Origin: a virus
Taxonomy: Duplodnaviria > Caudoviricetes
DNA length: 64,000 bases
Virus record (IMG/VR): IMGVR_UViG_2894657497_000001
Span: 25,820-89,819 of that record
Direction: 5' to 3' (one strand)
How positions within the stretch are numbered: the stretch's first letter is position 1; every line of letters begins with the position of its first letter. Under the pieces are notes generated by a model. The model was not told the DNA's origin, searched no databases, and saw only the letters and a program-made list of their open reading frames with translations. Positions 1 through 9,044 of the stretch are shown here, one piece after another. The translations under genes were made by a program, and so were the position numbers.

Positions 1-723
1 TTCAAGATCGAGAGCGTGAAACTGCGCGAGTCGCCAAAAGACATGCTGTTCGACCAGATGATCCGCCTGGCCATCATGCTCAAGGCAGCGGCATACGGCG
101 CCCACCCCAGCACCCTGAACCTGGAAATGGACAGCGGCAACGGGGGAGGCAACCTGTTCGGCGCCAACCCGGCCAGCGAGATTGAATTCAGCAAGGAGCA
201 TGGCCTGATACCGTCGCTGACGGATATGTGCGAGTGGTTCACCGACTGCATTATTCACCCTCGCTATGACGACCTGAAGCTGATATTGGTTGGCCTGAAC
301 CCGGAAGACGAAAAGGCGGCGGTCGATATCCGCACCGCCCGGGTCTCCAAGTGGGACACCAGAAATGAGGCGCGCTCCGAAGAAGGGAAATCCCCGATTG
401 GTTTCTGGCTGCCACCGGAGCAGTACAACAAGCTGCAGGAGGGGGATCCGCAGAAGGAACTGTACGACAAGAACCCCTGGAACTACCCGGCAGACGTCGC
501 GATCCCGAACTACATTAACACATTCAGCATGGCCGGTCAGCAAGGGCAGGACCAGGGCGACGACGGCCAGTATGACGACCAGCAAGATCAGGGCGACGAT
601 CAACAAGACCAGGACCAGCAGGACGACGGCAGCGATCAGTATTACAAGGCACTGCGGAAGTCCCGCAGGGGAGCGCGGCGAAAGACCAAGTTTCTCCAGA
701 TCAGCCTCGACGACCAGCTATAG
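1..723 (+). CDS. Portal protein, C-terminal part (truncated at window start)
   Basis: Open frame from the window edge; 'KEHGLIPSL...W' and 'TRNEARSEEG' resemble portal C-termini; acidic Q/D tail; first gene of the head module. Confidence 0.65.
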   Translation, partial: FKIESVKLRESPKDMLFDQMIRLAIMLKAAAYGAHPSTLNLEMDSGNGGGNLFGANPASEIEFSKEHGLIPSLTDMCEWFTDCIIHPRYDDLKLILVGLNPEDEKAAVDIRTARVSKWDTRNEARSEEGKSPIGFWLPPEQYNKLQEGDPQKELYDKNPWNYPADVAIPNYINTFSMAGQQGQDQGDDGQYDDQQDQGDDQQDQDQQDDGSDQYYKALRKSRRGARRKTKFLQISLDDQL

Positions 724-780
724 CGATCATTCAACGGAACAGGCTTACAGTAATCACCCCATATTGGAAGGAGAACACCA

Positions 781-2190
781 GTGAAAGAAGTCGACGACCT
801 CAACAAAGCCATTGCCGAAACCACGGCAGCCGCCACCAGCCTCCTGCAGAAGTCGCATGTCAAGGCGTACACCAGAACCACCGCGTCCGGCGCAACGGTG
901 CAGGTCAAAGAGCATGACGACAGCCGGAACCCGAACATTATTGGCCAGGCAACAGGCATGAACGACAAAGCCCCGGAGAAAGCAACATCGTTCAACCACA
1001 ACGGAAAGGAATACCAGAGCACTGGTAAAGAAGGCACGTCGAATCACGACGGCAGGCCGGTCCGCGAGTTTGAGGCCGATGACGGGCATAGGGTGTGGCT
1101 CGACCATCATGCCAACGTCCATGCTGACTCGAAGGAAGAAGCCGACGAGCACCACAAGGGCAAGGCAGATTCCGCGAAGGAGTATGACAACAAGCGCCAG
1201 GACGCAGAGAAAGCGAGCGCCGCTGCCGACAAGCACCAGGCTGGCATGAATTGGGGAAAACCCGATATGAAGAAGCTGCAGGCGCTCCACCACGACGCAG
1301 CCAAGAAGCATATCGACGCCATGGAGGCCGCGCACCGCGCCGGCGACGGGGAGGCCATGCGCGACCACTACTACAAGGCCAGCGTACACCTGGGGGCCGG
1401 GCAATCGGCAGGGACTTTCAACCGGAAGGACGCGGAGCACAACGCCAAGGCACAGTCGGATATGGCCGAACACATCGGCAAGATCGCCGACCAGCACAAG
1501 ACCGAGCACAATGCCCATTCCCTTAACCACGGGGCAAGTATCCACTTGCTGGCCGCAGAGCAGCACCGTAGGGCGCAGGATGCCCACAGTCATGCCGCGA
1601 ACCAGAGCGGGTTCGGTAGTGAGCATTTTGATGAGCACATTGAATCGAGCAACTTCCACAAGGATAAAGCCAAGGAGCACGGCAGCAAAGCCGTCGATAT
1701 TGCCGGGGTGGCCACCAAGGCCAACGACAAGGCATACGCCGCCAGCGAGAAAGCCAAACGCAGCGGAAAGCCTGAAGACCACAAGGCCGCCGCAGAGGCC
1801 CACCGGGAAGCCGCCAAGCTGGACTACGACTCGGAAGGCAAAGCCGATCACGAAGCAAAGGCAGCAGAGCACGATAAGAAGGCCAAGCCGGCAAAAGAAG
1901 ACACAGGCCGGGGCGGGAAGACCACACTCGCCGACCTGAAAAAACACCCCAATTGGTCTGAAAGCGACCACCAGCACCTCAAAAGCAAAGGGTACTCCCA
2001 CGACGAGATAAAAGACATATGGGACCGCGACAAAGCTAGAGGTAACGGGCCGCTGGAACACAAAAAGGCCCCTGACACCGTTGGGACCGTAAGCGACCCC
2101 AATCATTTCAAAAAAAGTTCCGGATCGGATGACGATCTTAAAAAGGCGACAGACGAAGCGATAGCTGCTGCCGGCACCATTTTGGAATAG
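781..2190 (+). CDS. His/Ala/Lys-rich putative internal head protein
   Basis: RBS GAAGGAG before GTG; HxxAAxxH repeats; LxK[SA] motifs at both ends. Confidence 0.6.
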   Translation: MKEVDDLNKAIAETTAAATSLLQKSHVKAYTRTTASGATVQVKEHDDSRNPNIIGQATGMNDKAPEKATSFNHNGKEYQSTGKEGTSNHDGRPVREFEADDGHRVWLDHHANVHADSKEEADEHHKGKADSAKEYDNKRQDAEKASAAADKHQAGMNWGKPDMKKLQALHHDAAKKHIDAMEAAHRAGDGEAMRDHYYKASVHLGAGQSAGTFNRKDAEHNAKAQSDMAEHIGKIADQHKTEHNAHSLNHGASIHLLAAEQHRRAQDAHSHAANQSGFGSEHFDEHIESSNFHKDKAKEHGSKAVDIAGVATKANDKAYAASEKAKRSGKPEDHKAAAEAHREAAKLDYDSEGKADHEAKAAEHDKKAKPAKEDTGRGGKTTLADLKKHPNWSESDHQHLKSKGYSHDEIKDIWDRDKARGNGPLEHKKAPDTVGTVSDPNHFKKSSGSDDDLKKATDEAIAAAGTILE

Positions 2191-2205
2191 AAAGGCCGCC
2201 AGAGA

Positions 2206-2481
2206 GTGAAAGCTACCATCCGGCATAACCTCTCCCCCGAGGAACTGACCAAGTCGCTGTCCGCGCTGGCCGAATCCGAGGGGATCGGAGAGGAACTGCA
2301 AAAGGCCCTGCGGAAGACCGCCACCTGCGACGAGACGCCGAAAGTCCCGCGCCAGGTGGCGGTCAGGCAGTTGTACGAGATGATGTGCCGCGAGTTCCAG
2401 CGAGCCGCCGATGACTGCGAGCGGTATGCGGAGATGATCAGCGGGAGCGACCGGCCCCGGCAGCAAGGGGAAGCAGCATGA
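2206..2481 (+). CDS. Small head-associated hypothetical protein
   Basis: In operon; ATGA overlap with the next gene; LTKS/LQKA motifs. Confidence 0.55.
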   Translation: MKATIRHNLSPEELTKSLSALAESEGIGEELQKALRKTATCDETPKVPRQVAVRQLYEMMCREFQRAADDCERYAEMISGSDRPRQQGEAA

Positions 2482-2933
2482 CCCCAGTGAACCAGGAGAT
2501 AGTCGATCACGGCAAAGGCGACTGCCAGAGGGCGGCAATCGCCTCTTTGTTCGACCTCGATATAGACCAAGTCCCGAACTTTAGGAAGTACCCGGACAAA
2601 GGATGGTTCAACGTCCTGTGGCATTTTCTGCATGGGATCGGGTACGAATATCTCGGCTGCCCCTCCACACCGTCCAAAGCAAAGCGTCCAGACGGGACGT
2701 GGGTATACACGAGAGCCCCAGAGCTTGACCCGGCAGACAGCATCAACGGATATTTCTATGGAGTGGTCCCCAGCAAGACGTTCAAAGACACCACGCATGC
2801 CGTCGTGATCGATTGCAATGGGCTCGTCGTCCACGATCCGAACCCGAACAAGCGCTGGCAAGGCATGAACGTTTTGGAGTCGGGCGACCTGCGCTGCTGG
2901 TACATTTTGAAGCCACTCGAAGGCACACCATGA
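2478..2933 (+). CDS. Phage protein with Cys/His papain-like motif (GDC...H...HDP)
   Basis: GDCQRAAIASL and THAVV...VHDPNP; translationally coupled at both ends. Confidence 0.55.
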   Translation: MTPVNQEIVDHGKGDCQRAAIASLFDLDIDQVPNFRKYPDKGWFNVLWHFLHGIGYEYLGCPSTPSKAKRPDGTWVYTRAPELDPADSINGYFYGVVPSKTFKDTTHAVVIDCNGLVVHDPNPNKRWQGMNVLESGDLRCWYILKPLEGTP

Positions 2934-3907
2934 CCAAAGACCAGATCCAGCAACTGACCCAGATGATACAGGACCGATACGCATACGTGGCGGCCCAATT
3001 TCAATCAGAGGACTACCACCCCGACCCGCAGCAACTCGAACGTTGGAAGCAGATGGGGCTCGTTCCCGAGCATGTCACCGCCGAGACGTTCACCATGAGC
3101 ATCCCCCCGGAGATGCACCTGCTCAAGAACGCATTCATCGCCGGCAGGCTATACGAGGCCGTAGACAAGGGCGCCACCCTCGACGAGGTCATGCAACTGG
3201 CGCTCAACATGCCGCTCAAGAAGCCGGACCTGGAAGCGATAGCCATCGCCGAGCAGCAGACGGCGGCGTATATCACCGACAACGCATCGGACCTCGCAAC
3301 GAAAATAGGCCAGATAGCGATCCAGAAGCGCAACGAGACGATCAGGCAGATGGCGGTGGACTACCACAGCCGCACGCTGAAACGGACCGTCCTGGACGAA
3401 GAGGCGAAGCGAGAGGCGGGAGAACAGATACCGCAGAAGTACGTCGAGACATGGCAGCAGTTCAAAAGCGAACTGCACCAGGCCATGGAGGACAAGTCGC
3501 GGGATTGGGATCGGGTCGCATTCTACGAGATCACCGACGCCCAGCGCCAGGGGCAGGCCCACGCGCTGCTGCAGGACGGCGACGTGGACAAGCTGGTCTA
3601 CAAGATGCCGCTGCCGACCGCATGCCCACAGTGCAAGTACCTCTACCTGCTCCCGGACGGAAAAACACCTCGCTTATTCCGGCTTTCGGACATGATCAAC
3701 AATGGGACGAACATTGGAAGGAAGCCGCACCCAGTCAAGGGCGGCCAGGTGCAGCCAGGGGGGAGAAACGACGGTGTACCGGCACTTAAGGCAGTTGTGG
3801 GGCTAGTTCACCCATGGTGTCAGTGCCAGGGCGTTTATGCTGCGACGGGATACGAGCCGTGGCTTACCGATAAGCAAAAGAGGATCATCGCAAGCCAGAA
3901 GAAGTAA
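2930..3907 (+). CDS. MuF/gp7-like minor head morphogenesis protein
   Basis: ACPQC...HPWCQC motif; downstream of portal; start at the ATGA overlap at 2930. Confidence 0.75.
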   Translation: MTKDQIQQLTQMIQDRYAYVAAQFQSEDYHPDPQQLERWKQMGLVPEHVTAETFTMSIPPEMHLLKNAFIAGRLYEAVDKGATLDEVMQLALNMPLKKPDLEAIAIAEQQTAAYITDNASDLATKIGQIAIQKRNETIRQMAVDYHSRTLKRTVLDEEAKREAGEQIPQKYVETWQQFKSELHQAMEDKSRDWDRVAFYEITDAQRQGQAHALLQDGDVDKLVYKMPLPTACPQCKYLYLLPDGKTPRLFRLSDMINNGTNIGRKPHPVKGGQVQPGGRNDGVPALKAVVGLVHPWCQCQGVYAATGYEPWLTDKQKRIIASQKK

Positions 3908-3910
3908 GCA

Positions 3911-4324
3911 CTACCGCGGCCCAGAGATATGGAGCCGTGACTCCCCCACCCTACCCCGCAAAGGCGTCGTCTCGATAACGGCGCCTTTCGTTTTCACGCT
4001 GATGGAGATACCCACCATTCCGCAGGTACAGTGGACCTCACCGCAGGCTGGGCAGACAGGGCAACCCACACAATCGATACGGCCCGGGAACCGACCGCAT
4101 AAAAAGCGCGAGACAACAGCATCCATAGTGGGATCGAAAGAAAGGCGCTCGCCGTAGGCAATACAGTTGACCTTGAACCGGTCGACGACCAGGCCGTGAA
4201 CCGGATCCTGGTCGCCGGCAATATCTCCGGCAGCCGGCAGATCCACGAAGTCATGGCCGCAGGCCGGGCAGAAAGCATCCGACTCGTCAGGCAGGTAGGA
4301 ACAGTTGGGACAAATAAGCGGCAT
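3911..4324 (-). CDS. Zn-ribbon hypothetical protein
   Basis: Several CxxC pairs; GGAGG before ATG 4324. Confidence 0.5.
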   Translation of the reverse strand: MPLICPNCSYLPDESDAFCPACGHDFVDLPAAGDIAGDQDPVHGLVVDRFKVNCIAYGERLSFDPTMDAVVSRFLCGRFPGRIDCVGCPVCPACGEVHCTCGMVGISISVKTKGAVIETTPLRGRVGESRLHISGPR

Positions 4325-4376
4325 AGAACCCTCCAGGGTCATATGCCGCAATTATATCAAGGGGAACTCCCCGTGT

Positions 4377-4571
4377 CTATGGGGATATTACGGTTTTTCG
4401 CCCTACGAACCGGCTCCCATAAGGGACCAGCCGACCATGGCCGCAGGTAGGGCACACCTCCAAGTGATCGTCGTCGTGCGCCAGGGGATGGCCGCAGCAC
4501 CAGCACTCGCGGACATAAGCATCGACGTTCTCGTAAGGGTCCAGGGCATCAACTTGCATCTGGCACCTCAC
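4377..4571 (-). CDS. Small Zn-finger hypothetical protein
   Basis: CWCC...CPTC; part of the minus-strand block. Confidence 0.4.
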   Translation of the reverse strand: MRCQMQVDALDPYENVDAYVRECWCCGHPLAHDDDHLEVCPTCGHGRLVPYGSRFVGRKTVISP

Positions 4572-4800
4572 AGAACCACCTCAAATAGCCATCCACCGCG
4601 AGCAGGAACGTCTGGCACTCGCGGGGGGATCCGATGAACAGCGTCACCTTACCGGCCAGAGCCACCGGAGAGCGGGCCTTTTTTATGACAGCGATCACGT
4701 CGCGGTAGCGCACCACCCCCAACCCGTAAGGCGTACTTTTCAGCACGCCGGTATTGAGCCCAGAGCACAACGATTCAAGCTGACGGAGTGTGGTCTTCAA
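4549..4800 (-). CDS. Hypothetical protein
   Basis: GGAGG upstream of TTG at about 4800; fills the gap in the block. Confidence 0.4.
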   Translation of the reverse strand: MKTTLRQLESLCSGLNTGVLKSTPYGLGVVRYRDVIAVIKKARSPVALAGKVTLFIGSPRECQTFLLAVDGYLRWFCEVPDAS

Positions 4801-5272
4801 CTGAGCCTCCCACCTTTTCCAGAATGTCGCGGCCATTTTCAAGCGCCCGGACCAAACTGCTCTTGGTCATATCAATGCCCGCCAGAACGAGAATGCAGGA
4901 TTTTAGCGCCGATACAAGCTCGTCGTGTTCCGCCTTCCGGGCCTCCGTTACCGCCTCGGCAAACACGCTGCCGGGCTTCGCCAGGGCAATAGCATCCTGA
5001 AGCTGGCGCCGTGCGCCATTTGCACAGGAGCGGGCCTGGGGCGTCAGATCGTCGCAAAGCTGAACCACCGCCAAGGCGGTCTCGGCCTCGTCGGCAGCAG
5101 ACAACAAAACCTTTGTGACATCCACGGCGGCGGCTTCTGTATCATCGACTTTATCGGAAGCATGTGGCTCGATCTCGGCTCTACACACCGGGCACCGATC
5201 ATTGCATTTTGAATCCCACAGATCGCTCCAGATTCGGCCACAGTGGGTATAATGGTTCAAAAACTTAGGCAT
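4775..5272 (-). CDS. Hypothetical phage protein
   Basis: GGAGG RBS; HC...W...CNDRCPVC N-terminus. Confidence 0.6.
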   Translation of the reverse strand: MPKFLNHYTHCGRIWSDLWDSKCNDRCPVCRAEIEPHASDKVDDTEAAAVDVTKVLLSAADEAETALAVVQLCDDLTPQARSCANGARRQLQDAIALAKPGSVFAEAVTEARKAEHDELVSALKSCILVLAGIDMTKSSLVRALENGRDILEKVGGSVEDHTPSA

Positions 5273-5323
5273 TAGAAACCTCCAAACGAATGATAAACGG
5301 TCAAGAGAATAATAGGCCAATAG

Positions 5324-5731
5324 CTAGAGCGCACCCCCCGCGAGCCCGCAGTAGCCTATTGCATTCGGGTCAAAATCCCTTTTCAGGTCCAAAAACCAAA
5401 AAGGTTCCTCGGTATCATCGAATGTGGGCACACCAGAGGCTGTCCAACCAACAGGGATCACAAAATTGAGCGACAAATTCCGGCATTGTTCAATATATTT
5501 ATGCCACGCCGCCTCATGCTCATCACCTGTGGCAACTGCCCATTTACCATCGGAGAAGTCCGGCTTTTCCACGCCAGCAAGGGCAAAATCCTGCTCGCTC
5601 TTATATACCAGCTTTGTGAGGACAGGAGCAAATACCCAGTTCCAGCACATGCACGATGGGCCGAGACAGCTAGAACTTTGCCTATTCATAGGGCACTGCT
5701 TCTCTCGGGCTTCTTTTTCAGTCACATGCAT
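5324..5731 (-). CDS. Hypothetical phage protein (TEKEA..K.CP...C....CM.W...GYCGLAG type)
   Basis: AAGGAGG RBS before ATG 5731; Cys pattern common in phage proteins. Confidence 0.6.
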   Translation of the reverse strand: MHVTEKEAREKQCPMNRQSSSCLGPSCMCWNWVFAPVLTKLVYKSEQDFALAGVEKPDFSDGKWAVATGDEHEAAWHKYIEQCRNLSLNFVIPVGWTASGVPTFDDTEEPFWFLDLKRDFDPNAIGYCGLAGGAL

Positions 5732-5799
5732 ATCAAACAACCTCCTTTTGGATTTAAAAATATGGTCAACACCAGAGACAAGACTGACGATCAGAATGA

Positions 5800-7380
5800 T
5801 CACGCGAACAATTCCAGCATCGGCATGGCCGAGCCTCCGAACAAAGCCACCTGCAGATTGGCGTCGTAGGCCTTCTCCCCCTCGAAGGAATCCACCACGG
5901 CCCGCTCGGGAACGGTCAACTGCCGATATGGCCGCGCCCCGAAGTCGCCCGGCAACCAGCCCTTGCCGCGGCAAGCCACGACGTTGAACCGGCGCAGGAT
6001 ATCATCGTCACGGAACGTGAGATGAACGGTGCCCTTCTTATGGCAAGTGATCCTGAAATATGTACTTTGAATGCCGGACGATTCACCGCGAGAAAAGGCA
6101 TTTTTGATCGCATCAGACATCGGATGATAAGGAACGCCACCATCAAAATAATTCATAACTTTATCGATATCGTCCAAGAAGTCCGCCGCCCCATAGTTGA
6201 GATCCCAACCAGAATAGCCAACAAATGGCGAGCCGTAGCTGGCCCGCACCGGAACCACCACCCGCTTGCCGACCTTGAATGCCTTATTGGTTTTCCACCC
6301 ATTGAAATAGTGGATGTTTTTCTCGTAAAGCCCATCATCCCAGCAATGCCGGACCGTGAACATATCGAAGATATCCAGAACGGCCTCGGTCAGCGTTTTT
6401 TCGGCGCTTCCGATCAGATTGAGCCCGAACTGCCGGATGTTGCTCTCGGTAAAATCCATGTGGCAGTGCTCGGACAAGGAGTGCTCGAACTCCTGCCGTT
6501 TCGCAGACGTGAGCCGGGCCTTGAAGTCCTTAAGCTCCAGTGTCCGGCGCCAGAAGTCGGTGCGGACAGCAACCAATAAGGCATTGAGCGTGCCCTGCAT
6601 CTTGCCGGTCAGATCATCGCCAGAATAGGAGTAGCTGTCGGATTCTTTATTGAGGCCCAGATACTTCCCAATCTTCCGATAATTTTTGTAGTACGCCAGG
6701 ATGGTCTCGGTCCCCAGGCTCACGACCTCGTTGTACTCCGCCACAAGCTCGGGGATACTCCGACCGGTGGAAACCTCATTTTTATCGCTGACGGTCTGAT
6801 ACGCCCGGGCCGCATGATCGTCGCAGCCAGCGAATAGATCATCTTCGACATTCCGGGTAATCACGACATTGACCAGGGCCACCTCCACGTTGGTTTTCCG
6901 CTCGGCGCTGGCAAAGGCCCCATGGATGAACTCGATCTCCGCCCCAAGCTCTTCCAGGCGCCGCACAAGCAGCTTCCGATTATTGGTGTGCGGATTACGC
7001 AGGGTCTCGGCATTCAGCAGGAAGATGATCTGCCCGCGATACATGATATCGAGCGCTTTCAGCAGATGCAGATCGCCGTCGTCGAACGGAGGATTTGCGA
7101 TAATCAGGTCAAATTTATCGGGACCGGCGAACCCCATGAAATCGGAATCAATCACCTTGACGTCGTTCCCCCGAAGCGCCGCCTGCAGGATCGGGTCGAT
7201 CTCGATGGCGGAAACCTCAAACCGGCTGTTGCTGTACTTGAACGAGTCTTTGAGCCCATTGATCAGATCACCCTTGCCGGCAGACGGCTCCAAAACTTTC
7301 ACGGGATGACCCTTTATTTTGCTGACCATCTTTGACACCAGCGCCGGGGGCGTCGGGTAAAAATTTTTATTGTCGAACAC
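5800..7380 (-). CDS. SAM-dependent N6-adenine/N4-cytosine DNA methyltransferase with DUF4942-like C-terminus
   Basis: FYPTP, LEPSAGKG (motif I), NPPF (motif IV); C-terminal YFRITCHKKGTVHLTF. Confidence 0.85.
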   Translation of the reverse strand: MFDNKNFYPTPPALVSKMVSKIKGHPVKVLEPSAGKGDLINGLKDSFKYSNSRFEVSAIEIDPILQAALRGNDVKVIDSDFMGFAGPDKFDLIIANPPFDDGDLHLLKALDIMYRGQIIFLLNAETLRNPHTNNRKLLVRRLEELGAEIEFIHGAFASAERKTNVEVALVNVVITRNVEDDLFAGCDDHAARAYQTVSDKNEVSTGRSIPELVAEYNEVVSLGTETILAYYKNYRKIGKYLGLNKESDSYSYSGDDLTGKMQGTLNALLVAVRTDFWRRTLELKDFKARLTSAKRQEFEHSLSEHCHMDFTESNIRQFGLNLIGSAEKTLTEAVLDIFDMFTVRHCWDDGLYEKNIHYFNGWKTNKAFKVGKRVVVPVRASYGSPFVGYSGWDLNYGAADFLDDIDKVMNYFDGGVPYHPMSDAIKNAFSRGESSGIQSTYFRITCHKKGTVHLTFRDDDILRRFNVVACRGKGWLPGDFGARPYRQLTVPERAVVDSFEGEKAYDANLQVALFGGSAMPMLELFA

Positions 7381-7416
7381 GAGGCATATCCTCCATTGTT
7401 TGATATACGCTACAAG

Positions 7417-7710
7417 CTAGGCATGCGAACGGACGCCAGCGCAGAAATCACACAGCCCGATGCCACGGTCACAGTAGCAATTCATCAAGGACATAGCCAC
7501 CTGAAGACGGACATCATGCGGAAGATCAGCGACCGGCACCCGCTCCCACCGGGAAAGATCGGGAATATCCATCCAGGCGCCGGAGTCGATAGCCCGCCGA
7601 TAAACGAAGTCGCCGCCAGGAGGCAGCAGCAGGACAGCACCGTTTTTAAAGAGCGTCTTGTAGCCTTCCTGCCGCCACATGCGAGCATTTTTCCAGGGCT
7701 TTGGGGTCAT
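7417..7710 (-). CDS. Hypothetical protein
   Basis: ATGA-coupled in the minus-strand operon. Confidence 0.5.
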   Translation of the reverse strand: MTPKPWKNARMWRQEGYKTLFKNGAVLLLPPGGDFVYRRAIDSGAWMDIPDLSRWERVPVADLPHDVRLQVAMSLMNCYCDRGIGLCDFCAGVRSHA

Positions 7711-8018
7711 GGATGTTCACCTTTCGCCCTTGCAATTAAGGGTTTAGCTTTTTGCAGAGAGCACGTTTTACAAGCACATTTGTCTCCAAGGCTCGGCTGG
7801 TGCGCGTAACGCTCCACCATGCAGTCGGTGAGAAGTTCCAACACATCCAACAGTTCTGGGGCGACGGAGATTAGTGCGGCGTAGGCTTCTTGCTCTGGTG
7901 ATGGTCCTCGGTATGTAACCACGGGGGCGGTTTTGGCATCTGCAACGGTAATGGACCGGGTTCCCATCTGGTTTCCCCTGCGTATAATCCTCCACGGACC
8001 CCTGATGTGTTTGCTCAT
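7707..8018 (-). CDS. Hypothetical phage protein (GPW...A.LI..APELL type)
   Basis: Recognisable GPW / LISVAPELL pattern; coupled to neighbours. Confidence 0.6.
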   Translation of the reverse strand: MSKHIRGPWRIIRRGNQMGTRSITVADAKTAPVVTYRGPSPEQEAYAALISVAPELLDVLELLTDCMVERYAHQPSLGDKCACKTCSLQKAKPLIARAKGEHP

Positions 8019-8335
8019 GGCCGCCCTCCCCCCGCTTTCGCTATGGCGGCAAGAGCCTTATCGATACGAGCTTGTGCATCCGGCTTTTGCTCGTCAGGCA
8101 ACCGTTCCGCCAACAGCCGGAATGGAGCCAGCACTGCATGCAGGGCGTCCAGCAGTTCGGGATACGCAGCGAAGCCAGCAGCCACCTGGTCGAGGCCTTC
8201 CACCGGGCAGCCAGTAAGCGCCGGCGACCAGGCGATTGCAACAACGCGCTTCCCATCGGCATCCAGCACCATGGGCGATTTAAGCAGCACGGAGCCCGTA
8301 GCATCGCCACGAGTAAAGGACAACGGTAATTTCAT
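8015..8335 (-). CDS. Hypothetical phage protein related to the preceding one
   Basis: GGAGG RBS; AAYPELLDAL...AIAKA. Confidence 0.6.
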   Translation of the reverse strand: MKLPLSFTRGDATGSVLLKSPMVLDADGKRVVAIAWSPALTGCPVEGLDQVAAGFAAYPELLDALHAVLAPFRLLAERLPDEQKPDAQARIDKALAAIAKAGGGRP

Positions 8336-8441
8336 GATTTACCTCCAAATAAAATTTTTTAGCGTAACACAGGATGAACTATTTCAGGGGTTCCCAAAGT
8401 CCCGAAAAATGCAATAACGCCGCCCCCACCGGCCAGAATAA

Positions 8442-8915
8442 TCAAAAGATGCGGTCGAAATCGGGCTCCCCTTCGGTCGGGTCGGCCAAAAACTTGTCCC
8501 GGTCGATGACATCAGCACAAGACAGAAAGGTATCCAACATCTTCTCGGCGAGGTCGGCATTACCGGAGCACCACCGGCTCTCGTTATCCCAGATAAACAG
8601 ATATTCCTCGCCAGTGCGGGCCTTAATCCTTACCTCCGTAACCCAGCAGGGGATGGTGATGGTGACCTCGTAATTGTTCGGCAGCGCAAAACCATAATCG
8701 GTGCAGAAACACCGGTCGTCTTTTACGACGGATCCGCAATCCACGCATTTTTCGCCTTCGTGTTTACCTGCCTCGGGAGTTTCAAAGCCCTGGCCCAAAG
8801 TCAGGTAGCCCACATAGGTGTCAACGCATGTCGGGTCGACGCGGCCCACGGTCTTCGACGAATGCGAGCCGATGATGCTGATCAGGTTGGCGAAATAGTC
8901 GATCCGGTTTCTCAT
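8442..8915 (-). CDS. Hypothetical protein
   Basis: GGAGG RBS before ATG 8915. Confidence 0.5.
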   Translation of the reverse strand: MRNRIDYFANLISIIGSHSSKTVGRVDPTCVDTYVGYLTLGQGFETPEAGKHEGEKCVDCGSVVKDDRCFCTDYGFALPNNYEVTITIPCWVTEVRIKARTGEEYLFIWDNESRWCSGNADLAEKMLDTFLSCADVIDRDKFLADPTEGEPDFDRIF

Positions 8916-8985
8916 TGCAATATCCTCCAAGGGTAGAATGACTACGGATGAGACAAGATGCCCGGCCAGAATGATGCGGCAAAGT

Positions 8986-9016
8986 GTTTGATATGCGCTA
9001 CACCATGCCATATACT
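8986..9016 (+). promoter_or_regulatory. Sigma70-like promoter overlapped by the 17-bp motif
   Basis: TTGATA(8988)-17 bp-TATACT(9011); motif GTTTGATATGCGCTACA at 8986-9002. Confidence 0.7.
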
Positions 9017-9044
9017 TAGCGCAACTACCTTTCCGGGGGCAAGA

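Noticed and set aside
535-640. Q/D/G repeat at the portal C-terminus
   Set aside because: Ordinary low-complexity acidic tail.
754-2538. Long opposite-strand ORFs (also 17439-19052, 10395-11450, 50743-52257, 54506-55585)
   Set aside because: Shadows of GC-rich genes on the other strand, with no RBS or recognisable motifs.
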